From Gracilinanus agilis (Eukaryota): DNA of 64,000 nucleotides. Both the position numbers and the translations under genes were made by a program. Positions 1 through 11,600 of this stretch are shown piece by piece. Location of the stretch: positions 228,402,803-228,466,802 of the forward strand of contig NC_058133.1 of the NCBI RefSeq assembly GCF_016433145.1, in the 5' to 3' direction. The stretch's first letter is position 1. Each line of letters starts with the position of its first letter. The notes under the pieces were generated by a model. It did no database searches, had not been told where the DNA came from, and saw only the letters and a list, made by a program, of their open reading frames with translations.

Positions 1-1143
1 GATATTTCATGTTTCCTTCTATTTTTTCAGTCTTTTGGCTTTGTTTTATTTGTTCTTGTTGTCTTGAGAGATCATTAGTTTCTACTTGCTCAATTCTAGC
101 CTTTAGGGATTGATTTTCGGCTATAATCTTTCGGTTTTCGGCCATAATCTTCTGGTATTCCTTTTCAATCTGGTCATTTCTGGTGTTCAATTTCTGAGCC
201 TCACTTTCCAATTGCATGATTCTACCTTTTAAACAGTTATTTTCTTGCCAGATCTCTTCCATTTTCCTCAAAATCTCAGTTTTGAACTCTTCCATAGCTT
301 GTGATCCGTTTTCCTTATTTGAGGAGGGTCCGGATGCTTGTTTGTTCTCCTCCTCTGTTTGCTCGGTTGTCTGTATTTTCTCTGTGTAAAAGCTGTCGAG
401 TGTTAAAAACTTCTTTTTTTTGTTGTTATTCTTTCTCTTCTGAACTTCCTGAGACTGAGTAGCCATTGTTACCCCAGCAGCTTCTCAGATTTATCCTCGC
501 GCTCAGTGTCTGTCCGCAATCTATTGGCTCCTGAGGTCTGAGTTCTGGTTTTTTCCAAGGTCAAGCCCCCTGGTCGACCCCCTTGCTTGATCCTCTGCTG
601 GAGGTTCCTTTACAAGTCTCAGGGCGCTGCTTCCACAGTCGTATACCCGTCCACACTGGTTCCCCACTTAGGCTTTAGTTCCTGGCTGTGTCTGCCTCCA
701 CCCATGCCTCCGCAGTGCCTGCGCTCTCAGCCTGCGCTCTGCGCCCTGCGTCCTGCTCCCGCGCTCAGATTTCGCCTGCGTTTTTTGGCTTAATGGGGTC
801 CTAAGTCTTGCTGCTCTCAGGAACAGGCCCCAGAGCTGCCAATGACTCGATGGGTGCCCCAACCTTGCTCTATTTCTTTTTAGCTGGCTTCGGAGCTATA
901 GGTGTTGTGTGTGGAGGGGGTGGGGGTGGGGTGGTTGCTCAGCCCGCGATTTCGTGAGGGCTGTTTCACCCCTTTATAGCATGGAAATGCCTCGATTCCA
1001 CGTACCTTCCATGCTGTGCCCTGTTGTGGGGGTTCCTCCGTTCGTCTGGACTTGTTTTTATGTCCCCTTGAGGAGTTTTGTGTGTTTCGGTCAGGAGAGG
1101 TTAAGAGCTGCTTCTTACTCTGCCGCCATCTTAACCCGGAACC
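1..1143 (-). mobile_element. Young LINE-1 5' end (5' UTR plus ORF1 N-terminus from ATG 466, open to the window edge)
   Basis: Minus strand starts TCCGGGTTAAGATGGCGG (YY1 motif). CpG-rich 5' UTR. 155 uninterrupted codons MATQSQEVQKRK...LKARIEQVETNDL (L1 ORF1 coiled coil). Confidence 0.92.
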
Positions 1144-3254
1144 TGATTATTACCTCTTAATGCTGTCTTCCTCTCCTTCTTATGATAGTATTTATCCCCT
1201 CCCCTTCCCATGCCCTCTTTGTGTGTAATAGAATATCCTATTTTTCTTTTTTACTCAGATTTTTCGTGGTGTCCCCTACTATTCCCCCTCTTTTTCCCTC
1301 CCCCCATGTCATCTTAGACCATTTAGTATCCTGTACTCTCACTATGAATTATTCTTCTGGTTGCTATAATAGTGAATATTATAATAGTGAATAGAGTTCA
1401 CTACAGAGAATTATACATAGCATTTCTCCACCTATTAATACTGATAATTAGATCTTATTTAAGCCCTTAAAGAGTCAAGTTTAAAGGATTATGAGTTTTC
1501 TTTCTTTTCCCTCTGTTTCTTATTTACCTTTTCATGTTTCTCTTGATTTTTGTATTTGGGTATCAAACTTTCTATTTAGTCCTGGTCTCTTTTGTGCAAA
1601 AACTTAGAAATCTTCAATTTTGTTAAATGCCCATACTTTCTCCTGGAATTATATAGTCAGTTTCGATGGGTAGTTGATTCGTGGCTGAAGGCCCAGCTTT
1701 CTTGCCTTTCTGAATATCGTATTCCAAGCCTTGAGGTCTTTTAGCGTGGAGGCTGCCAGATCCTGTGTGGTCCTTATTGGTGCTCCTTGATATTTGAATT
1801 GTCTCTTTCTGGCTTCTTGTAAGATTTTTTGTTTTACTTGAAAGCTCTTGAATTTGGCTATTATATTCCTTGGTGTTGACTTTTCTGTGTCCAGTGTAGA
1901 GGGTGATCTATGGATCCTTTCAATGTCTATATTACCCTCTTGTTGTAGAACTTCAGGGCAATTTTGCTGAATAATTTCTTTAAGTATGGAGTCCAAGTTT
2001 CTATTAATTTCTGCCTTTTCTGGAAGACCAATGATTCTCAAATTGTCTCTTATAGACCGGTTTTCTTGGTCTGTCACTTTCTCATTGAGATATTTTATGT
2101 TTCCTTTTATTTTATCAGTCTTTTGACTTGTTTTATTTGTTCTTGTTGTCTTGCGAGATCATTGGCTTCTAATTGTTCGATTCTAGCCTTTAAGGACTGG
2201 TTTTCAGCTATAGTCTTTTGGTTTTCAGCCATAATCTTTTGGTTTTCCTTTTCATTCTGGTTATTTCTGGTCTTCAGTTGACTTGCCTCTCTTTCCCATT
2301 TCGAAATTCTGCCTTTTAAACTGTTATTTTCTTGCCAGGTTTCTTCCATCTTCCTCAACAATTCATTTTTGAACTCTTCAATAGCTTGTGACCAGCTTTC
2401 ATTTTTTGGGGGAGGTTTGGTTATTTGTTTGTCCTCCTCTGTTGTCTGGATTTTCTCTGTGTAAATGTTGTCTAGCGTTCCAGAGTTTTTCTTGGTAATC
2501 TTTTTCTTCTGGGCTTCCCTATGGCTTGCCATTATTAGCCCCACCCCTTTTCAGCTTTGTCTTCACACTTAGGGTCTGCCTGCGCTTTCTAAGCTCCCGA
2601 GGTCTCCCGTCTTCTTGCCTCGGGGTCAGGCCTCCTGGTAGTCCCCGGTCTGCCCCTCTGCCCGAGGCTCCTTCAGTGGTCTCGGGGGCTGCTTCCACAG
2701 CTGCACTCCCGTCTGCACCGAGTCCACTGGCGCATATGCTCGGGGAAAGTCCCTGCTTTATAGATCTTTATTCGCGCCCGGGGCAGAGCCTTCACCCGGG
2801 TAGACGCTGGGGAAAGTCCCTGAGTTAGCAATCTTTCTTTGCACCCGGGGCAGAGCCTTCACCGGCTTATATGCTTGGGGAAAGTCCGTGTGTCCCCCTA
2901 GCCTCTTGGGGTCCCACGTCTGGCAGCTCACAGGTACAAGCCCTGGGGCTGCTAGTGATTTACTGGTTGCCCCAATCCTGTTTTCACTCTTGTGCGTTGG
3001 CCTTGGCGCTGTGCATGGTGTGTGTGTGTGTGGGGGTGCAGGGGCTTCTTCCTCTCATGTTTTAGTGAGAGCTGTTTCACCCCTTTATAGCGTGGAAATG
3101 CCCCAATTGTGCATACCTTCAATGCTGAGCCCTGTTGTGGGGTTCCTTCATTTGTCTGGGTTCGTTTTTATGTCTCCTTGAGGAGTCCTGTATGCTTTGG
3201 TTAGGAGAGATTGAGCAGCTGCTCCTTACTCTGCTGCCATCTTAACCGGAAGTC
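1144..3254 (-). mobile_element. Older LINE-1 5' portion (5' UTR, frameshifted ORF1, inter-ORF spacer), cut off by the younger L1
   Basis: Starts GACTTCCGGTTAAGATGGC at 3254. ORF1 ATG 2532 is split into ORFs 2107-2544 and 1649-2077 (NLRIIGLPE, IERIHRSP, YPSKL motifs). Confidence 0.92.
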
Positions 3255-5540
3255 TGGGGGAGACTCTGCTCCATAAATTTTAAGAAAATCAAAGTGCTTT
3301 TGGAGCCTAGGAAGATTTTAATGCCCACCTGTCAGTGCTGCATCCTTTATAGCAGATTTTGCTTAGGTTTTGAGTTCTACAAAGTGAGCAGCTTCATATA
3401 GGTTCACTTTAGGAAATCATTTCTATCATTTGAAGCTTTCTGGGCCAAATGACGGTCACTGCCTAAGGTGCCAAGCTGGGCTTGCTGTGTGTGCTGCAAG
3501 TCAGCATTGCTCTGCATCGGTAATGTGGCTGGGGGAAAGAGCCTGCCCTGCATTCTTCTGGACCCTGGGGAGTATTATTAGCTCTTTGCTTCCATGAGCA
3601 CTGAAACAAGCTCACCATTTCTGGTAGGGTAGGAAAAGAAAAAAAAATCTTAAGTGGACTTTTCTGGAGCTTTTAAAAATGATAAGCACAAAATTTGGGA
3701 TATGGCAGGTCCTTTTTTTCCCCATGACAATCTAATTCTGGGATTGTTTGGGGCCCTAGAAGTCTTCATTATTTCTTTCTCAGTTATTATTTTAAAGAAT
3801 CAACAAGAAATAGATTTGAAATCTGCTACCCTGAGACCAGTGTAAAGATTTCATGAGGATAAAGATACAAATCTCCTTGGATTATGAGGGGGGAAAAAGC
3901 ATTGACCATTTATTTGCAAAATTTTGGAAGCAGTAGCTACAAACCCCTCTGGTGAAAGGGAACCAGATGTGATTCAAGCTTTTAAGTGTGCTATAGTACC
4001 ATTGCTACCTGAGGAAAATAGGAGCTCTGTGTGTATTGTAAAATATGAGGAAGTTGGAAGGTGGTTGAATAGAGTAGCAAAGGAAATATTTATTCTTATA
4101 ATATGGCTGTTTTACCAAGTTAATGAGGGCAGCTTTTATGTCCAGTTTCATAAGCCTTCAGAAATAGTGAATCAAAGCAGGTTAACAATTAATTATAGTT
4201 TTATGGCAAAACACTTGGAGGAGTGACTGAAAAATCAGTGGTACCTTAAAGCTCAATTTTACTGACAACAGAGATTGGGCACAACCTGACAGAGTAGTTT
4301 AAGCATAGGTACTGGTGAAAAGAGGAATCTGGGGCTAGCAGAGATTTGTCTTTTTGAAAGGGACTCACACCCATCACTCTTCTTTTCTGATGGATACTCT
4401 GTTCATTTGCTTTATTAGTCAGTCTTCTGTGTCAGTCTTTTTTCCCCCCTCCAGACTGGGTGCATTGCCTCTGAAGCAGTCTTTACTTGTGCCAGCTCTA
4501 GAATGATGTTGATACCAAAGTTAGACTTTAAACTTGGATGACTTGAGTTAAATCACATCTTGTTATTACTAGACAGTTTGTGTCCTAGCCTTGATTCCCT
4601 CACTCTGATGACTTGTACCAGAATAGTTATCTTTACAGAGTTGAATTTTGTATATGTAAACCTATAGTGTTTTGGGGGGTGAGACGATATGGTGAGTATG
4701 AAGGCTGAATTTGGGAGTGACCTTGAGAATCTTATTTCTAGCTAACAGAGTTAAGAGGTACTTGATTTCTCAAATGATGTTGGAAGGTTCACCAAGTAAT
4801 TCCCGAAAGTCTTCTCTCTACATGAGACCTGGTAGATTTGTATTGATCTCCAGGAGGCAGTGAGGCATTTCCCATTTCATACGCCACTGCCCTCCTGTTT
4901 TTAGTTTTTTCTTTGTACCTGTTCCCAATACCTGCCCTCTACATCCCTCTCCCTTTGAAGGGAGCAATGAGGAGAGGCTCCAGCCAAATTATCATTCTTC
5001 CTACCCCTTTTCCCCCTCCAATCTCTAAATCTGGCTTTTTGAGAAGTTCTGTTGATGATTCCTGATTGAGCAGCATTATTGATATGTAGACCAGGTTCTA
5101 ATGATAATTATAATGATCAGGTAAAAAATAATACGTCAGTGTTTAATTAAATCTCCTTAACTGTCAGTGTTGTTAGCCAGAAATCTATCCAATAGTCCCT
5201 TTCTGCAGATAATTTTTCATTTGGAGCATCAGCCAGTCATTTGGCAGTTCTGGTGCTTAGAGGAGGCTGATAGGTCCCTGCACACACATTCCTTTTCTCC
5301 CCTCTCTGTTTTAGTAATGGTTTAGCTTTTCTTTTTTTTTTTTTTTTAATACCCTTTCCCCTTATTGAAAATATATACACATATTCACAAGCCAAACCTA
5401 ACCTCCTTCCCCCATTACACCAAAAGATTTCATAGATCTCAAGAGATCTCTAGTTGCTAAAAAGTAAAGATGTTGGCTTTAGACCTTTTGGAGCATTTAC
5501 ATTTGTTCACTGATTCTCATGTGTTCTTTACATCCTATAG

Positions 5541-5688
5541 TTCATTCTGTGGATAGGCTTGGGAATTCTGCTAATTAGTACCTATACTACCCTGTCTGTG
5601 AGTGAGGAGGCCCCTGTGAAAGTTGAAGCTCCTGGTCATTTTGGAGAAGTAAAAAATCTGATGGATTCAGATTCTGCCAAAATATCAG
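5541..5688 (+). CDS. SLC38A10: SLC38A10 exon (human exon 11 equivalent), last TM helix
   Basis: cctatag|TTCATT ... ATCAG|gtatgt; 148 nt, phase 0 to 1; [25 protein letters not shown]. Confidence 0.93.
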
Positions 5689-8600
5689 GTATGTATGCCC
5701 ACTTGTTTTTTTCCCTACCCCCTCCTCATCATTTTTTTGGGGGGGGAACCTTGTAGCATTTGCAGTGACTTTGTCTTGAGAGCAATCCTGCTATCTCAGA
5801 AAGTAGTGTAGGTGTCATTTTCAGACAGGTCTTGGGGTTCCTGAGGATTTCATTTGCTTTGCCTGCTGCCATTTGCTTTATGGGAAAAGGATGGAAGGCT
5901 TTGAGATTGCTCTCAGTGGAAGAGTTTGGGATGAGTACAAATCTTGCTAATAAAGGAAGCTTTGTAAGGCTGAAACTAGAGATAGCACTGTTCTGGCCAC
6001 CTGTATGAAGAGTATGAGGAGCCAAAATAGGGCTGCTCTCAGCATTTCTGCCAGCATATTGGACAAGATTTCAATAATAAGCCATTCAACACACTAAAAG
6101 GTATGTAAATTTATGGGTGCAGCTTTTTAATTTTTTTTATTTTGAGGATATAAATTTTGAGCCAGTTTTAATCTCGACAAAGCTTGTGATTATGCTTCAA
6201 CTCTGTTTACTGTTTCGCATTATTTATTATTTGTTTACTAGGACTCTTGATAGAATCTTAACTCCCTTACATGGCTTAAGGACTGCCTCACAAGGCCATC
6301 TCTAGCAGGTGCTATATGACCCCTTTTCTGTTCTCATCTATGACTGTGTCCTGGGGTTGATGGGGAAGGGTTTAAAAATCTGATTTTCCATGTGTAGTAG
6401 TGGCCTTAACTAAATGTGTTTATAGGTTTATTTATTTGGAGGTCTCTTTGAGGCCTTGGAATATTTACCATAGATTGGTGGGAGAGTGAATAAAAAGAAA
6501 GGTTTTATGCAAGAGATTATACTCTCTTGAGTCTCTGGACACATTCCTGCAGAACTGCTTTGAGTGACTGTCAGGAGCAATAACTGGTAGGTTGGTGCTG
6601 TCTGCGATAACATTCATTTCTGGGGTCTTCTGTCCCTGACAATAATAGGGTTTTATAAATTCACATTAATGGTGCACCCATGCATGTCCAGCTCACACCT
6701 CCCCTACAAAGAGACACAACAGTTCTGATTTAAATTCGCTAGGCTCTCAGTCCCTTAATCATGCTCTCTGTGTGGCTGGCCTGGGAGGAGGAATGTAATC
6801 CATTGCTCTTGAATATTGGTTCACTTTTGAGTGGTAATGGCTAAATAACATCTGTTCCTGGTAGGAACTCTAGTCTCCCCACCTTCTGTAATTGACAAAA
6901 TAAAGTTTTGTCAAAGATGAGAGTTAGCAAATACTATCTTGAACACTAGGCAGAAGTATATATGGTTATTTTAACCCGGTCAAGATGCTGAGGAAAGTGC
7001 TACATACAGTTAAGAGTACGGCCAATCCTTGGATTTGTTGTCCTCTTCCTTTCCCCTAATTAACATCCCTGTATATGAAAAATGTACTCTCACTAGTATT
7101 AACACCTCATAAAAATTCCATATGAGAAAACAGTCCCTCACAAGGGAAGCTCCCTCCTTTGGGAGCCACTGTGAAACTATTAGAAATGCCTAAAGATGCT
7201 TCATTTTGCCTCATTTGGTTGCACAACCCAAGTCAGCATGGCTTCCCAATCTAATGCCTTATTCTTCTGGCTGTTCCTGTCTGGCATGGGGTAAGAGTAG
7301 CCCGATTTAACCACTTAGAGGTGCTGAATCTGGTTGGGTCTCAGGGGACCAAAACAGGTGCCAGCTCTGACTGTAGAAGAGTCAGCAGGAAGAACAGTAT
7401 GGACTAAGGGAAAGAGAAATATAAGTAATGACTGTGAAAACTGAGCCCAGTCTTCACAGCTTTGCCAGCTACAAAAGTGCTACTTCGTATTATGTGAAAC
7501 ACTGTATACTAGGTCCCCTCTAACCTACTTGATGAAGCCCATGCAGTACAGGCAGAACTTTGGCATTTCTCCGTTCCTCCCTCCGTTTCAGCATGTGATA
7601 GGCCTATCCAGTAATGAATTACTCTGCATTAATCAACACCCCCTTCTCCCTGCATTCCCTTCATTTTGTGAAAGGCTACTGCTTGTGGCTCTCTGCACTC
7701 ATCAGCAGCTGCATCCTGTCATTCCAAGCATGTGCAGGACATGAGCCTGCCCTGTGCTCACCTGGGTGTCCTCCACTGGCCAACATCTGGTTTTGATTTT
7801 TTGTAAGAGGCTTTAACAGAAACACATGGCTCTTCTCTGAGCCACATGCAGTTTGGTTTTAGCGTGTTCTCAATTTTTCTTCCCCCTCTTCCCCTTTAAT
7901 TGATGGGTTGCCTTGTTGAAGCAAATCTTGGAACTGTGCTGGGCCTTTAACTGTTTTGTGTTCACCATCTGACTTTTGCCTGTCAGCATGTGAGAGGAGT
8001 TTTATTGGTCTCTTTGATGTTGCAGAGGCCAAAACTGTACAGACTTTCATTAAAACCCTGCCCTGTGGGCTCTGGGATTATGAATATTAGAACATTGCCC
8101 TTTTATGTGAACACGTATTGACCAGCAAACTCTGAATAGTGTTTTCTCTAATGACACCCAAGTGCACATTATGGACCCTGACTGTATTGCTGGAGGTTTA
8201 CTATCAGTGGCTCTTCGGGAGGGTATAAAACCCCTTTCAGAAATGTTCTGGTATTACATACAGTGAGAATGTATGTTAAAAGGTTGCTAAGCCTCCTGTG
8301 AAAGCTCATGAAAGCAATTACCCATTTTTTAAAAAAGCTAATTAGGCAATTTATCTTGGTGTTTGATAGCACCCTTGAGGGTCTCCTGGGTAGGATTAAG
8401 ATTTTGTAATATTTTTCAGTTCTTTACTTGAATGTTACTACCTTCATTTCCACCTCCCTCCCCCTTCATTGTGCAATATTGTGTAATGAACTTTATTTGT
8501 GCCCTTTGTACATCTAGTCTCCTTTCTTCCAATAGGATTAGAAAACAATTGTACTCCTTAGTAGGCAGGAAAGATGAGCAAGGAATTGCCCATTTAGATT

Positions 8601-11600
8601 TTTTGAAATTAGATGATGGAAAGACATGCCTGAGCTGTTTTTTTTTTTTTTTTTTTGTATGCTCATGGATACAGGTGGTGGTATTATGGCCACATTGTCT
8701 TCTATACCCTTGACTTTGCCTTTCACATATCCAGATCTGGTAGCCATGATAACTACATTCATGACATCAGTATGGCTTCCAGTTGGTTTGTACTTTCTCA
8801 GTCCTATCTTAATCTGCTTTCTCCAAAAATGAGATCTTCCTTGATTGCCCCTGCTGCCTTCTACCAGCTGCTTAGCAAAAAGAGGTGGTGAAGTTTTAGA
8901 ACTCTTTGACAAAGTGACAAAACGAGTGAGAGTGGGAAGAGACATTGACTCTGCACACTTAAGCCCTTCTCTCCTAAACTGTTAGAACAGCTTGATCCTG
9001 CTACAGCTCTCCCTTGCGCTTTGTGAGAAGTCTTTTAATAGTTCCTTTTCTGTGTCACAGGCGTTCTCCTCCTGATGTGATTTTTGTTCATTTTTACTGC
9101 TTGTGTGTCAGGAGACAACAGTGAACTAATTTCACTGATGCAATCCGATAACCTTGCTGAGCATCATAAGCAGTGCAAAAATTGAGAGGCACCACTTTCT
9201 GGGTCAGAAGGGAAAGTTCTTCCCTCTGGCTGCTGCTGGCATTTGGTGAGCATGGCTCCTTGGCCAAGACTGGTGCTGATCATGCTGATCATTGGGTTTA
9301 ACTTGATATTTCCTACAGGTGGCCTGGACTGTCCCACTTAGCTAGCTGTTCCCTATTTATGGAAAAATCCATGCTTAGTGAATGGAGAGCTCTTATATTT
9401 TACTGATCTGAAGAGGAATGGGGAGGTAGATTTGGTGATGCTAATTTATCAGAGCATCACAAAGGAGGGATCCATTTGATCTTAACTCAAATGAGCCAAG
9501 AAGTGATACTATATTTGTCTGGCTCTGTCTTCCCCATTATTTTATTTCCTTCCCACTCCACCACATTTTGAAGAAAATAGAAAAGATGTTTCCTTTATAG
9601 CAACCGTAGTACACATTCTGTCTCCTCAACTTGTCCCACAACGCACGCTCTCACACACACACACACACACACTCTTATTCATTTTAGTTTTAAAAGGGCA
9701 AGTAGAATGGAATTTGTTCTAGGTAGGGCCAACAGAGAGTTAAATTTAAGGAGCAGAAGATAAAATACTTAGGCTTATTCTACCTTTGCCTTTTTACACA
9801 CCTCACATTTCCTTGCTTCCTCCTCTAGAAAGGAAATTTGGAATGTAGGGCAGTTACTCTGCCACTGTTGGGGTAGCTCTAACTCTATCTATTTGATTCT
9901 TTCCTCTTGGCCAAAGATAGAACTTGAAAGAAAATCCCAATGTAAATACTGCCTTTCACTCACTTGCAAATTATCTCCTCTTTATCTCTCTCAAGATCAC
10001 CTGGATTACTGAAGTTTTTAGCTATAAGCAGTAAGGAAGTGTTGAAGGAAAGGAGACCTTGGGAAATGTTGATTTTTCTTACCTTTGCCACTGACTATTG
10101 CAGTGATGGGCAACCTTTTGAGCTTGGTGTGTCAAAATTCACCAAAAAACTGAGCATAACTCAGGTGGTGTGTCATTTTGAGAAAAAAACCATAATTTCA
10201 TGATATTTATAGTTTAAATTACAAAAATGTATGTGTAATATATAACTATATTTAATAAACCAAAATAGGTAAATTAATATAGGTAGAATTGTCATCTATT
10301 GAGTGTCTATACTATACTACAGCAAATGTTTCATCCTCAGCATGCAGCCCCATACTTCTCTGTAAGCGGCCCGCATGTCATAGGTTTGCCATCACCAGAC
10401 TATTGGGCAAATAATCAGTGTTTTTCAGTCATATCCAACCCTTTGTGACTCCATTTGGGTTTTTCTTGGCAAAGATACTGGAGTGATTTGCCATTTTCTT
10501 CTCCAGTTCATTTTACAGATGAGGAAACTGAGGCAGAGTGAACTGACTTACCCACTATCACATGGCTAGTTAAATATCTGAGGTTGGATATGAATTCATT
10601 AAGATGAGTCTTCTTGACTCCAGGTCCAGAATTCTATCCACTGTACCATCTAGCACCCCAGTGGGCAAATACTTAAATAGGGATGATTTTTTTTAGAAAA
10701 ATTATAATTTTTTGTTATTTTCGACTTGATAAACACCAACGAACATGAATTTCCCCATATACAAATAATAAAAAAAGAAAATTGCATAGGAAATTGTAAA
10801 TCTCTACTACACTGAGATTTTTTCTTCTTTTTTTTTCCAAGTATACAATATATTCAACATGCTGTCTAATCTGTTGCCAAGCTTTCACAGTATCTCTCAT
10901 ATACAATCCCTTTTCTCCATTTAGACAGCCAGAATCCATGTGAGACCTTTATTACTGCTTTCCTGGGATATTGTAATCACCTTCCAACTGGTCTCCTCAC
11001 TTCAAATTTCTCCACACTCTAGTCCATCTTCCACTCAACTTCCAATCAGCTAAGGTGATTTTTATGCAGTTCAGGTTCCATTGTGTTCTAGTTGCTTCTT
11101 CTCTTTGGCATTTAAGGCCTTTTACCACCTAGCCCCTTCCTAATCCATCAGTCTTCTTATCCTTCATATAATCTGTGATCCAACTATGTTGGCCTTCTTA
11201 CTGTTCCTCACACAAGACACTCTATCTCTAGGTGCTATGCTAGATGCCTGAAATACTCTCCCTCCCCACCTTCCTTGGCTTTCTTCAAGACTCAGCTCAA
11301 ATCTCACCTTCTGTAGATCTTTCCCAGTCTTTTCCCCAACCTCTTTTCTCTGTGATTAACTGACATTTACTCTGCATTTGTTCATATTTTTATGTAGTTG
11401 TTTGCATGTTGCTTAGATTGTGAGCTCCTTGAGGGCAGGGTCTGTATTTACTTTTCTTTGTATCCTTGGCTTTTAACATAGTTCCTGCCACACAGTAAGA
11501 GCTTAATAAATGCTTGTTGACTTACCGACTACTCTTTCTATCTGTCTCTGGTCTGTTTCATCTGAACATTCTTTTAAATGTATTATTTTTTTAAACCCTT

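Noticed and set aside
2526-2828. Antisense ORF in the L1 5' UTR resembling primate ORF0
   Set aside because: Starts at TTG, not ATG; low-complexity GC-rich frame; no counterpart in the younger L1.
8538-8945. Overlapping ORFs on both strands next to a poly-T run, a possible retrocopy or nested gene
   Set aside because: No recognisable homology in any frame, no TSD, no poly(A) signal, no coherent exon chain. A tBLASTx search would settle it.
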